Source of the DNA: a virus
Taxonomy: Duplodnaviria > Caudoviricetes
Length of the DNA stretch: 47,559 bases
Reading direction: 5' to 3' (one strand)
IMG/VR virus record: IMGVR_UViG_3300038674_000378
Coordinates: 1-47,559 of that record
This document shows, piece after piece, positions 9,607-18,083 of this stretch. Below the pieces are notes generated by a model, which saw only the letters and a list, made by a program, of their open reading frames with translations, had not been told where the DNA came from and made no database searches. Both the position numbers and the translations under genes were made by a program. The number at the start of each line of letters is the position of its first letter. Position 1 is the first letter of the stretch.

Positions 9607-10323
9607 ATGAGTTCTTATGAACTGGGATTTAGTGATGTTTTCACCTCTATCAACGGAGAAGTGTCTCCTTGTAAGCAGGGATCGATAGCCACTTTTCTCC
9701 GCCTGTCTCATGGCTGCAATTTGCAGTGTCCCTGGTGTGACACAATCGGTCACACTGAAAGAAAGTTTCGTTTGCTTGATTTCGAGGAAAACAAAATCGA
9801 AAAGGCCCTAAGTAAGATGAACGAAGGACCTATCGTCAAGAACATCACGATTACTGGTGGTGAACCCATGCTCGCCCATTATCTTATGAAGCAGCCTTTT
9901 GTTCATTTGCTGCGGAGCTTGCATGGCCTGGGTCATTCCATCGCAATAGAGACAAATGGGACATATCGATTGCCCGACGCTTTGCGATCCTTTGTCAAAG
10001 GCTTTGTAGTTGACTACAAATTTTTTCTTTTGGATATGGGGTGGAAAATAGAGAAGGCTTTTGCTGCAAGTAAGGATCTGCGCTCCGAAGATTACGTCAA
10101 ACTTGTCATTGACAAAGAACATCACATAGGACTTGCAAAACAATTTCTGTCATACTATACAAGCCTTGTCGCACCTGAACAACACCCAACATTTGCAGTT
10201 TCCATTATCAACGAAGACGGCAAACATGTTTTGGAACCTATGCGAGTCATCAAAAGCTTCGCTGATGATGGTTATAACATTTTGTTGAATGTTCAGATCC
10301 ACAAATTTCTCAAAGTACCTTAA
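9607..10323 (+). CDS. queE: 7-carboxy-7-deazaguanine synthase (radical SAM, QueE)
   Basis: FTSINGE, FLRL, CNLQCPWCDT, ITGGEP, IETNG, QIHK; lies between queD and folE. Confidence 0.88.
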   Translation: MSSYELGFSDVFTSINGEVSPCKQGSIATFLRLSHGCNLQCPWCDTIGHTERKFRLLDFEENKIEKALSKMNEGPIVKNITITGGEPMLAHYLMKQPFVHLLRSLHGLGHSIAIETNGTYRLPDALRSFVKGFVVDYKFFLLDMGWKIEKAFAASKDLRSEDYVKLVIDKEHHIGLAKQFLSYYTSLVAPEQHPTFAVSIINEDGKHVLEPMRVIKSFADDGYNILLNVQIHKFLKVP

Positions 10324-10386
10324 AAATCGTTTTTACGTCTGTTAAAATCGAACAGAAGAAAACGAAAGAGCCACAAAGGAGGGCTT

Positions 10387-11184
10387 ATGGACGTCAAGGA
10401 ACTCAAAAAGTATTCCAAGGAGCTGAACAAGCACCTGGACGGGGAGATCGGTGAAATTGATCTTACCCTGGGAGAGGAAGAACTTCTGGAAGCTTTCGTC
10501 ACGAAGCTTGCTGAGGTGCAGGATGCCAAACCCGAAGTGATCAAAGACCTGTCCGAAGGTCTGATCGACTTCTACAACGAGATGATCTCGGAAATGTTCT
10601 CCGGTGAAGAAGGAGAAGAGGGCTCGGAAGAAGGCGAAGAAGCCTACGAGGAAGCGCCCGAAGAACCCGAAGAGCAGCCCGCACCGAAGGAAAAGGCCAA
10701 GAAGCCGGGCAAGAAGGAAGAAAAGAAGCCCACCAAGAAGGAAAAGGAGCCGAAGGCTGAGAAGCCGAAGAAGGAAAAGAAAGAAAAGGCTCCGAAGGAA
10801 CCCAAGCCGCCCCGCGAGAAGAAGAGCGGCAAGAAGACCTGGCTGACCGAAGAGCACAAGACGGCCGGTGGTGAAACCCGCCAGCGTTTCGGCAAGGTCA
10901 AGGCTTTCTACAGCCACCACAAGGGTTCCGGCTCCAACTTCGGCAAAGAAGAGCAGCCGAAGGACGCTCTGGGCGCAGTGCTCGGTTCCGGCACGGCACA
11001 GATCAACGAGATCCTGCTGGGCAAGGGCGCTACCATCGCCACCATCGCTGAAAAGCTCGGCACGAAGGAAGGCCGTGTCAAGAACCACATCTACGCGCTG
11101 AAGCGTAGCGGTGTCGAGTTCGAAGTCAAGGACGGCAAGTACAAGGTTTCGAACATTCCTGAAGACTACTACAAGCAGGCGTAG
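10387..11184 (+). CDS. acidic/Lys-rich low-complexity protein with C-terminal winged HTH
   Basis: AAGGAGG SD; E-rich then K/E/P-rich linker; TIATIAEKLGTKEGRVKNHIYALKRSG resembles an HTH; strong C/G third-position bias. Confidence 0.7.
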   Translation: MDVKELKKYSKELNKHLDGEIGEIDLTLGEEELLEAFVTKLAEVQDAKPEVIKDLSEGLIDFYNEMISEMFSGEEGEEGSEEGEEAYEEAPEEPEEQPAPKEKAKKPGKKEEKKPTKKEKEPKAEKPKKEKKEKAPKEPKPPREKKSGKKTWLTEEHKTAGGETRQRFGKVKAFYSHHKGSGSNFGKEEQPKDALGAVLGSGTAQINEILLGKGATIATIAEKLGTKEGRVKNHIYALKRSGVEFEVKDGKYKVSNIPEDYYKQA

Positions 11185-11186
11185 CC

Positions 11187-11777
11187 ATGAACGAAGATTT
11201 GGACAGGGAGAAATTCCTTCGCCAAAGGGAAGTCGAAAACAGGCTTTACGTTGCGCTCAGGGACGGGTTGGGGTTGAACATGGGCGACCCCAACCTGATC
11301 GACACTCCGAAGCGTATTGCCAAGATGTGGTGCCAGGAGTTCTGTAAAAACGTTGGTATCGAATACGAATCTTACTCTGCGTTCCCGAACGATCATGGGT
11401 ATGACGAAATCATCGTATCTGACACCATTGAATTCGTGAGCATGTGCAGTCATCATTTCTTGCCGTTTTACGGTAAAGGCTGGATCGCATACATGCCCGA
11501 TAAAAAACTCGTCGGCCTTAGTAAAATGAGCAGAGTGTTACAGCACTACGCCGCAAGGCCGCAGCTTCAGGAGAATTTGTGCAAGCAGGTTATCGACAAC
11601 TTTGTCGGCCACATCGAACCGAAAGCTTGTATGGTAATTCTGAAAGCAACACACGGCTGCATTGCCTGTCGAGGTGCGAATCAGCCGAATCAGAAAATGA
11701 TCACCTCGGCTGTTTACGGCAAAGCATCTGAACTGTCTTTCAAAACGGAAGTTTTCAATTTGATCAACTTACCTTAG
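11187..11777 (+). CDS. folE: GTP cyclohydrolase I
   Basis: TPKRIAK, SMCSHHFLPFYG, GLSKMSR, RPQLQE, HGCIACRG. Confidence 0.95.
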   Translation: MNEDLDREKFLRQREVENRLYVALRDGLGLNMGDPNLIDTPKRIAKMWCQEFCKNVGIEYESYSAFPNDHGYDEIIVSDTIEFVSMCSHHFLPFYGKGWIAYMPDKKLVGLSKMSRVLQHYAARPQLQENLCKQVIDNFVGHIEPKACMVILKATHGCIACRGANQPNQKMITSAVYGKASELSFKTEVFNLINLP

Positions 11778-11789
11778 GAGGGTAATATC

Positions 11790-12308
11790 ATGGCCAAGGA
11801 AAAAAATAAGAAGGCTGCTGAAGTCGAAGAAACCGCTGTCGAACCGGAAGAGAACACGGCTGTTGCCGAAGACGATCTCGAGGGTGCCGAAGACAACGAG
11901 AACGAAGGGGTTGACGACGCCGATCTGCCCGAGTATATGAAAGTTGGGCGCGACACAGTGGACGACTTGGACGATGCCACGAAGGTCCAGTATCTTGAAG
12001 AACTGACCAAGGCAATGTTCGGGTACTCGGCGGACTTCATGAACCAGGCGGATGCGTTCGGAGCCAGAAACATCCTCATCGGTGCAGGTCGCGCCAGAAA
12101 GGCCGCCGTGATGTTCCGCAAGTGCGTCACTGCCTACAGATTGCTCTCGATCCATGTCGCACGGCTGAAGCGGGCTGAGAAGGCCGAAGCGAAGGAATCG
12201 AAAAGAACCGCAGAAGCGGAAGAAGCCAAGGCAGCGAAGACTCCGAAAAAGGCCGAAGAGAAGGCTCCTGCGGCCAAGCCTGCGGCCAAGAAACCGGCCA
12301 AGAAGTAG
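11790..12308 (+). CDS. protein with acidic N-terminus and histone H1-like K/A/P-rich C-tail
   Basis: AGGAGG SD; tail KAPAAKPAAKKPAKK. Confidence 0.7.
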   Translation: MAKEKNKKAAEVEETAVEPEENTAVAEDDLEGAEDNENEGVDDADLPEYMKVGRDTVDDLDDATKVQYLEELTKAMFGYSADFMNQADAFGARNILIGAGRARKAAVMFRKCVTAYRLLSIHVARLKRAEKAEAKESKRTAEAEEAKAAKTPKKAEEKAPAAKPAAKKPAKK

Positions 12309-12329
12309 ATCGTGGCCGCATAATTCCCG

Positions 12330-12362
12330 AAAGGCAGTTATCGAAAGGTAACTGCCTTTTCC
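12330..12362 (+). terminator. intrinsic terminator
   Basis: AAGGCAGTTA-tcGAAAgg-TAACTGCCTT followed by T-rich sequence. Confidence 0.75.
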
Positions 12363-12377
12363 TTCCATAGGTGCTAT

Positions 12378-12617
12378 ATGAGCTTATTCCCTGACGAGAT
12401 CACAGTGTATGTCATCATGAAGTACGAGGAACAAGTGCCCGGCCTTGCTGTTTCCGTACCTATTGGTGTGTTCAAAGGCAGTAAAGAAAATCTGGACACC
12501 TTCATGAAAAGGCACTACGATGATACCAAAAAGTACCACACTGTTAAAGTGCCCCATTACTGCGAAAAAGGTGAACTGTGTTGTGGTTGTAAGCTTTACG
12601 AAACAAAGGAGGTTTGA
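12378..12617 (+). CDS. hypothetical protein
   Basis: 79-aa ORF with AGGTG SD. Confidence 0.55.
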   Translation: MSLFPDEITVYVIMKYEEQVPGLAVSVPIGVFKGSKENLDTFMKRHYDDTKKYHTVKVPHYCEKGELCCGCKLYETKEV

Positions 12618-12619
12618 AC

Positions 12620-12676
12620 ATGGATAAACACATTATCTACTTTCCCCTTGAGCCGTACAAAGAACGCTATATTTGA
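12620..12676 (+). pseudogene. stranded original 5' end of the glycosyltransferase gene (MDKHIIYFPLEPYKERYI*)
   Basis: Strong AAGGAGG SD; peptide nearly identical to the N-terminus of ORF 13339 (MTKTIIHFPLEPYKERYT). Confidence 0.85.
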
Positions 12677-12724
12677 CACACATAATAAATCATGTCATAA
12701 ATGTGTCAAATATGGAGGCTTGAC

Positions 12725-13342
12725 ATGATTTGCAGAGTACCAGAATGCTACAACAAAGTATATGGTAATCAGGATGTTTGTAATAAACACTATAAGCAAC
12801 TGCTTTACCACGGAAAAATACGGGAAAGAACACAACACACGCTAAATTCTTGGGAAAGAACAGAACAAGGATATCTTTTTTCTTTGTACTTTCGGGGAGG
12901 TGGCGAAAGGCCAGAGAAATTTCTTATCGATCACGAATCTTTTGAAAAAGTTCGGTACCATAAATGGTGTTATCAAGGAAGATACGTCAAAAATAAAAAT
13001 CTGGGGTTGTTACATAGATTTCTTTTGGGTTACCCGGATGATCCCATAGATCACATAAATGGTGATTGTCTGGATTATAGAATCCAAAATTTGCGTATTT
13101 GCAGGCACAAAGATAATATACGGAATTCAAAGTTATCCAAGAACAATAAAACAGGGTTTGTTGGTGTTTGTGTATACCATTATGATAAAATGCGCTACGA
13201 AGCGTACATACATGTAGATAGGAAAAAGATTGGACTTGGAATACATGAAACTGCGGAAGAAGCCGCCAGAGCTTATAATGAAGCGGCGGTAAAGTATTTC
13301 GGAGAATTTGCGAGACTAAACAAGATACCGGAGGAACTATGA
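12725..13342 (+). mobile_element. free-standing HNH-AP2 homing endonuclease
   Basis: LHRFLL...IDHINGDCLDYRIQNLR (HNH) and AP2 domain LGIHETAEEAARAYNEAAVKYFGEFA; GGAGG SD at 12714; AT-rich relative to flanks. Confidence 0.88.
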
Positions 13343-14517
13343 CCAAGACTATTATTCATTTCCCTTTGGAACCGTATAAAGAAAGATACACGGAACAGCT
13401 TTGTGCTGATGAGGGGGGCTGGTTGTCTTCTCGTTGGAGAGAAAACGATATACCTTTCATAAATATTAAAGGTAAAATGCTTCGGGAAGACAGGTCAATA
13501 AAATCCGGGTCTGTTCTTGATGCAAACGGCAGGGGTTACTGGGCAACCACACAAATTGCTGAGTTTTTGAGAAGATATGAGAAAGGAGAATTTGATTACA
13601 ACCACTCTGTTATCTACTTCTCCGACTTCTGGCATCCCGGCATTGAAGCATTGGCCTATACGTTTCACATTACGGGTAAACGTATCCCCATGTACGCTAT
13701 GCTACATGCCCAGTCCGTGGATATTTTCGATTTCACCTATCCTATGCGAAACTGGATGCGTCACTTCGAGAAAGGCATCGGTTCGATCCTCGATGGCATT
13801 TTTGTTACTTCGAAGATTCTCAAGGATCTTTGCCTGGAAGCAGGTGTAGGCAATAACGACAACCTGTTTATTGCTGGCCTGCCGTACAACTCCAAGTGCG
13901 TCATGCTGCAATACTTCCCCGAGAAGCTGCCGGAAAAGAAACGGCAGGTCGTCTTCAGTTCTCGCCTCGACTGGGAAAAGAATCCCTTGTTCTTCTTGCA
14001 GGTGGCTGCTATGGTAAAGGAAATCGATCCTTCTATCAATTTCGTATTCACTACTTCCAGTAGCGAGATTCGTTCGAATGATCCGCAGATCAAAGCCATC
14101 TTCGACTCCGTTGCGCCTTCCCTGGTCGAAGTGCGCAAGAACCAGAGCAAGCAGGACTATTACAATACTCTGCTGGAAAGTACCGTTCAATTTAACTGTG
14201 CCTATCAAGACTTTGTGTCCTGGACTCTTCTGGAAGCTCTCACCTGTCGCTGCAACCCCGTATATCCGTTCTTCCGGTCATTCCCTGAAGTATTGCCCTA
14301 CAACTTCATGTACACGCCTGAGAACGTGGAAGACGCCGCAAGACTGATCCTTCAGAACATGGGTCCGTTCCACGAAGAACTGGTAAACATCGTGCTGGCT
14401 TTCGACAAATCCTGGCAACGTATGTACGACTTCATGAATTCCCATCGCTCTATGCACCACACAATCGCTCCTATGTACGAAGACAGCAGGATGGCCAATC
14501 TGATCAACGCCAAATAA
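13339..14517 (+). CDS. GT-B fold glycosyltransferase (GT4-like), probably DNA-modifying
   Basis: FSSRLDWEKNP, QDFVSWTLLEA, RSFPEVL motifs; inside the deazaguanine cluster. Confidence 0.75.
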   Translation: MTKTIIHFPLEPYKERYTEQLCADEGGWLSSRWRENDIPFINIKGKMLREDRSIKSGSVLDANGRGYWATTQIAEFLRRYEKGEFDYNHSVIYFSDFWHPGIEALAYTFHITGKRIPMYAMLHAQSVDIFDFTYPMRNWMRHFEKGIGSILDGIFVTSKILKDLCLEAGVGNNDNLFIAGLPYNSKCVMLQYFPEKLPEKKRQVVFSSRLDWEKNPLFFLQVAAMVKEIDPSINFVFTTSSSEIRSNDPQIKAIFDSVAPSLVEVRKNQSKQDYYNTLLESTVQFNCAYQDFVSWTLLEALTCRCNPVYPFFRSFPEVLPYNFMYTPENVEDAARLILQNMGPFHEELVNIVLAFDKSWQRMYDFMNSHRSMHHTIAPMYEDSRMANLINAK

Positions 14518-14521
14518 CCAT

Positions 14522-14541
14522 GGGGGCGAAAGCCCCCTTAT
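14522..14541 (+). terminator. GAAA-tetraloop hairpin, possible terminator
   Basis: GGGGGC-GAAA-GCCCCC followed by a short T tract. Confidence 0.5.
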
Positions 14542-14551
14542 GAGGTAACAG

Positions 14552-14755
14552 ATGAAGAGTTTTCTGATCATCGTAGCATCCATTCTGTTTACCTGTGCTA
14601 TGTATAATATCATGTCTGCCAACTACGCCAACCGTGTTGAAGCCCGATATATTCATGTCGTACCTGAAAAAACTAGCAATTCGTGTGTAGTATATAAGAT
14701 GGACGGCACAACTGTGATCGTTATTGACGACAAAGTGGGGAGGAAACTAAAATGA
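14552..14755 (+). CDS. small membrane or secreted protein
   Basis: N-terminal hydrophobic helix; GAGG SD. Confidence 0.55.
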   Translation: MKSFLIIVASILFTCAMYNIMSANYANRVEARYIHVVPEKTSNSCVVYKMDGTTVIVIDDKVGRKLK

Positions 14756-15099
14756 AAAAGTTTCTGATTTCCTTCATTTTGGGTTCTTTGGCTCTTGTAC
14801 CCGTTTATGAGATCGAGGGAGAACAAGTGAAGGTTGGTCCTAATAAGCAGGTTGAAGCGACTATTACTGTTGACAGGAACAATCGTGTTCACGGCTACGT
14901 TGAAGACAGTGATCCTACGAAGTTCTTCCCCGAAAAAAGAAAAGTAAAAGGCGAGTGGAAATCTAATGGTGTCATAGAGGTTAAGGACAAGTATGGATAC
15001 AAGTACAATCTGAAACCTACCGGAAAGAAAATGATTGGTGAAAGGAGAACTTACACGCATGATTACCGTTACCGTAGACAGAGTTCTGAGCACAAGTGA
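14752..15099 (+). CDS. secreted protein with signal peptide
   Basis: MKKFLISFILGSLALVP; GGAGG SD. Confidence 0.55.
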   Translation: MKKFLISFILGSLALVPVYEIEGEQVKVGPNKQVEATITVDRNNRVHGYVEDSDPTKFFPEKRKVKGEWKSNGVIEVKDKYGYKYNLKPTGKKMIGERRTYTHDYRYRRQSSEHK

Positions 15100-15781
15100 T
15101 CGTTTGAAGTTTGAGAAGACAATTCGTGAAATCCTGTGTAATGACTCCTTATACTTCGAGTATGGTTCAGGGGCAACAAAGGAAGTCACAATGGCTTGCC
15201 CCCTTATAGGGTCTGATCTAAATTTTGAAAGCACACCTGTGCGGTTTAACATGCCCGAAAATGGTCCTTTCAATGTCAAGTTTACCCAGCAAGATGCGGC
15301 ACAGTTTGATTTGGTAGTGGAAAATTTCATCAAACGCAAGACAGAGAAAAAGGAGGAAAAGCCTATGAAAACAGCATCGATTCTTCACGTTGCAGTAACG
15401 GTTGCAGGCGCACACAAGTACCCTGAGAGCACCCGAGCCTATTTGAGAGCCCTGCATCGCCACGACTTCAAAATCTCGGTTAACATTGGGGTAACTGATC
15501 TCAATCGCCAGTACGAATTTTACGATGTGCAGGAAGGCTTGATCGCAGCCCTGGACAGTCTGTTCGTGAAAATCGACAAACACACCTACAACTTCGGTAC
15601 TCGTTCGTGTGAACACATCGCCCATGAACTTTTTCCTGTTCTCAGCAAGAAGTATCCCATTGTCACTTCTGTGGCTGTGTTCGAAGATGAGAACAACGGC
15701 GCAACGGTTCTTCTCGATGAACCCATGAGAGAGCTTACCAAGCTGCGTTTCGGGCACGGCGGTGTCGTGTCGGGGTTGTGA
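15059..15781 (+). CDS. QueD-like T-fold protein (DpdL-like putative CDG decarboxylase), in frame with an upstream unknown domain; likely internal start at 15365
   Basis: GAHKYP...LHRHDF...RQYEF...SCEHIA...VFEDENNGA pattern of phage QueD-like paralogs; AAGGAGG before ATG 15365. Confidence 0.65.
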   Translation: MITVTVDRVLSTSDRLKFEKTIREILCNDSLYFEYGSGATKEVTMACPLIGSDLNFESTPVRFNMPENGPFNVKFTQQDAAQFDLVVENFIKRKTEKKEEKPMKTASILHVAVTVAGAHKYPESTRAYLRALHRHDFKISVNIGVTDLNRQYEFYDVQEGLIAALDSLFVKIDKHTYNFGTRSCEHIAHELFPVLSKKYPIVTSVAVFEDENNGATVLLDEPMRELTKLRFGHGGVVSGL

Positions 15782-16049
15782 TATGGAAGAGAAAGATCCT
15801 GAAGTTCCTAGCATCTGTACGAACTGTCAACGGCATTTAAAGGCATGGGCGGAATCTCGCCGCCCTGCCTGGAAAGGATGCAATCTTCTACTTGACGAAC
15901 ACTCCGGTGTTGATGATCCGGAAAAAACAGGTAATGACATTTTCTGCGAAGAAATGGCAATGGGTTGGGTAACAAACGGCGGTATGGCCTTTAACTATCA
16001 AATTCTTAATAAAGGGACTACGAAATGCCGGTACTTCCAGCAGAAGTAA
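15762..16049 (+). CDS. Cys-rich hypothetical protein
   Basis: Fills the gap between the DpdL-like and DpdA-like genes; start may be ATG 15783. Confidence 0.5.
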   Translation: MSCRGCDMEEKDPEVPSICTNCQRHLKAWAESRRPAWKGCNLLLDEHSGVDDPEKTGNDIFCEEMAMGWVTNGGMAFNYQILNKGTTKCRYFQQK

Positions 16050-17011
16050 AGCCTGAATTCTCCTTAATGGTGGACTCAGGGGCTCACGCTATTTTTGAGG
16101 GTTTTGTTCGTTGTGGCACAGGCATCTGGGATAGGCATTTGTGGAATTGGTCCTATTACGGTTCAGAACCTTTTTGGCAGTACGTCGATGATTACGCAGA
16201 ATTTTTAAAGGTGTATAAGGACATCTTTAATGTTTACGTCACCCTCGACGCCATTTACGATCCCAAGACTTCCTACGAAACGTTCATATACCTCAGAGAA
16301 AAGCACGGCTTGAACCCTCTGCCTGTTTTTCATTATGCTGAGAATATCGAGTGGTTGAAGAAATACATGGAAGTCACTGACTACATAGGTATTTCTGGCC
16401 TTGGTCAAGGCATCAACAAAAAGGATTACATTCAGTGGGCTGATCGTGTATTTAGTCTTGTGTGCTCCGGTAAAGATCATCTGCCGAAGTACAAGATTCA
16501 CGGCTTTGCTCTCACTTCCACGGAGCTTATTCACCGTTGGCCGTGGTATAGTGTTGATAGTTCTTCGTGGGTTCAATTCTCCCAATACGGGAAGGTGATC
16601 ATCCCCAAGATGATCGGCAACAAGCGTTCTTACAAGGTAAAACCCTATGAAGTTTTTGTATCCACTCGAAGCCCTGCTATCGGAAAGGACGATGAACACT
16701 TTGAAACTCTTTCAAAGATGGAGCAAGGCTATATCCTCGATTATCTGGCGTCGTTGAATATCGCCTACGGCAAATCTCATTTCAAGATTGTCGATGCGGA
16801 TTACGAGTGTGCAGAGCATGAAAAGCCGTGGGGAAAAGCGGAGAACGGCAAAAAGAAAATAGAAGTCATCGAAGAGTTCGGTGTATCCAATCGCCATGAA
16901 TATCGTGACATGGTAAACTATCAGTTTTACGTGGATTTGGAACGTTCTGTTCCGCCCTGGCCCTGGCCGTGGAAACGTGCAACGAACAGATTCGGTCTTA
17001 TCAAAGCCTAG
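16025..17011 (+). CDS. dpdA: DpdA-like DNA 7-deazaguanine transglycosylase (TGT fold)
   Basis: MVDSGA, YVTLDAI, PLPVFH, YIGISG, KIHGFA, PWYSVDSSSW motifs; clustered with folE/queD/queE. Confidence 0.82.
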   Translation: MPVLPAEVKPEFSLMVDSGAHAIFEGFVRCGTGIWDRHLWNWSYYGSEPFWQYVDDYAEFLKVYKDIFNVYVTLDAIYDPKTSYETFIYLREKHGLNPLPVFHYAENIEWLKKYMEVTDYIGISGLGQGINKKDYIQWADRVFSLVCSGKDHLPKYKIHGFALTSTELIHRWPWYSVDSSSWVQFSQYGKVIIPKMIGNKRSYKVKPYEVFVSTRSPAIGKDDEHFETLSKMEQGYILDYLASLNIAYGKSHFKIVDADYECAEHEKPWGKAENGKKKIEVIEEFGVSNRHEYRDMVNYQFYVDLERSVPPWPWPWKRATNRFGLIKA

Positions 17012-17019
17012 GAGGTGTT

Positions 17020-17319
17020 ATGGCCTGCGATTTATGTGGTACATCTGACCATAGTATTCGTGTACACAAAGAATACAATGCACAGTTCCGTGGAAGAAAC
17101 TTTCGTAAGATCGTTTCCGGTCATCGCTGTATGCAGTGTGAGTGCGCCTGGATTGACCCGGAACAAGACCTAGTTCTGGAGAGGGAATATCAGGCATTCG
17201 TGGCCAGGGTTCTTGAAGAAACCAAGGACTGTACTTGTGTCTGTTGTGACGACAATGAAACCTGCAAGTACCGTTGGGACGCCTATAATACCAACGGTGA
17301 TTGCCTTATGGCGAAATGA
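17020..17319 (+). CDS. YgiT/MqsA-type zinc-finger protein
   Basis: CDLC...(beta-rich)...CMQC followed by a helix; GGAGG SD. Confidence 0.5.
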   Translation: MACDLCGTSDHSIRVHKEYNAQFRGRNFRKIVSGHRCMQCECAWIDPEQDLVLEREYQAFVARVLEETKDCTCVCCDDNETCKYRWDAYNTNGDCLMAK

Positions 17320-17320
17320 T

Positions 17321-17587
17321 ATGGAAGAACAACCTTTAGTATTCTGTGGAAAGTGCCAGTACTTTCTATGCTACCAAGAATGTTCAACCATTCTAATAGA
17401 AGAATGTAAATACGTCATAAGAACACGGGAGGTAATAACGCCTATTAGACGTTACACCGAAAAGGTTCACCCCAAACCTTACGTGGACAACATGAACAAT
17501 CAATGTCCATATTTTCAGCCAAAAGTCATCAAGGAAAAACCTAAACCACCTGAGTCACGATTAGTCAGAGAAGGAGGAACCTGGTGA
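17321..17587 (+). CDS. Cys-rich hypothetical protein
   Basis: CGKCQYF...CPYF. Confidence 0.5.
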   Translation: MEEQPLVFCGKCQYFLCYQECSTILIEECKYVIRTREVITPIRRYTEKVHPKPYVDNMNNQCPYFQPKVIKEKPKPPESRLVREGGTW

Positions 17588-17793
17588 ACAACTATGAACC
17601 CTGCAGACCTTGGAAAGATAAAGGCGAGTACCCTGTTGATTCTGAAGGTGTTCTTTACGTGAGTCCTTACTGGAAAAAAGCCCTGGCCTTAGCTGAACAG
17701 AGAAGGAAACAGAAAATTTACATAGTGGATGTCATAATTGTGATGATAATCATGTCCACGATACTTCATTACGGAAGGGAATATTTCAGATGA
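17584..17793 (+). CDS. small membrane protein
   Basis: C-terminal hydrophobic helix; GGAGG SD. Confidence 0.5.
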   Translation: MNNYEPCRPWKDKGEYPVDSEGVLYVSPYWKKALALAEQRRKQKIYIVDVIIVMIIMSTILHYGREYFR

Positions 17794-18083
17794 AGATTTA
17801 TCTTGTTGGCAACTTCGATTTGCTAGTTTATCCGAAGAAAGAACGCGAGATGTACGATAGAATAAACGTACAGCAGAAGAAAGACTACAACAGGCTGGTT
17901 TCGTACTTTAACGTGGATAAGCTTAACGGTATCGTGGAACTGAAATACGAACACGAAAATATCGAAGCACCGTGTAAAAAGCCGAAAGAGTTTGTAAACT
18001 CTATTGGCGCAAAGGCGAACAAGAAAGCGCAGAAGGCTGCTAACAAGGAACGTGTAAACAAGGACGGTCTTGAACGAGCATGA
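17790..18083 (+). CDS. hypothetical protein resembling the N-terminal segment of phage DpdA
   Basis: MKIYLVG...NRLVSYF. Confidence 0.5.
   Translation: MKIYLVGNFDLLVYPKKEREMYDRINVQQKKDYNRLVSYFNVDKLNGIVELKYEHENIEAPCKKPKEFVNSIGAKANKKAQKAANKERVNKDGLERA

Noticed and set aside
10342-11088. Long minus-strand ORFs here and at 11769-12368, 18871-19431, 20456-21157, 29512-30738, 35682-36371
   Set aside because: Antisense shadows of codon-biased + strand genes; no SD or motifs, and against the operon direction
12677-13338. Group I intron interrupting the glycosyltransferase
   Set aside because: No room for, or sign of, a ribozyme core around the HNH ORF; the downstream copy has its own start and duplicates the putative exon 1
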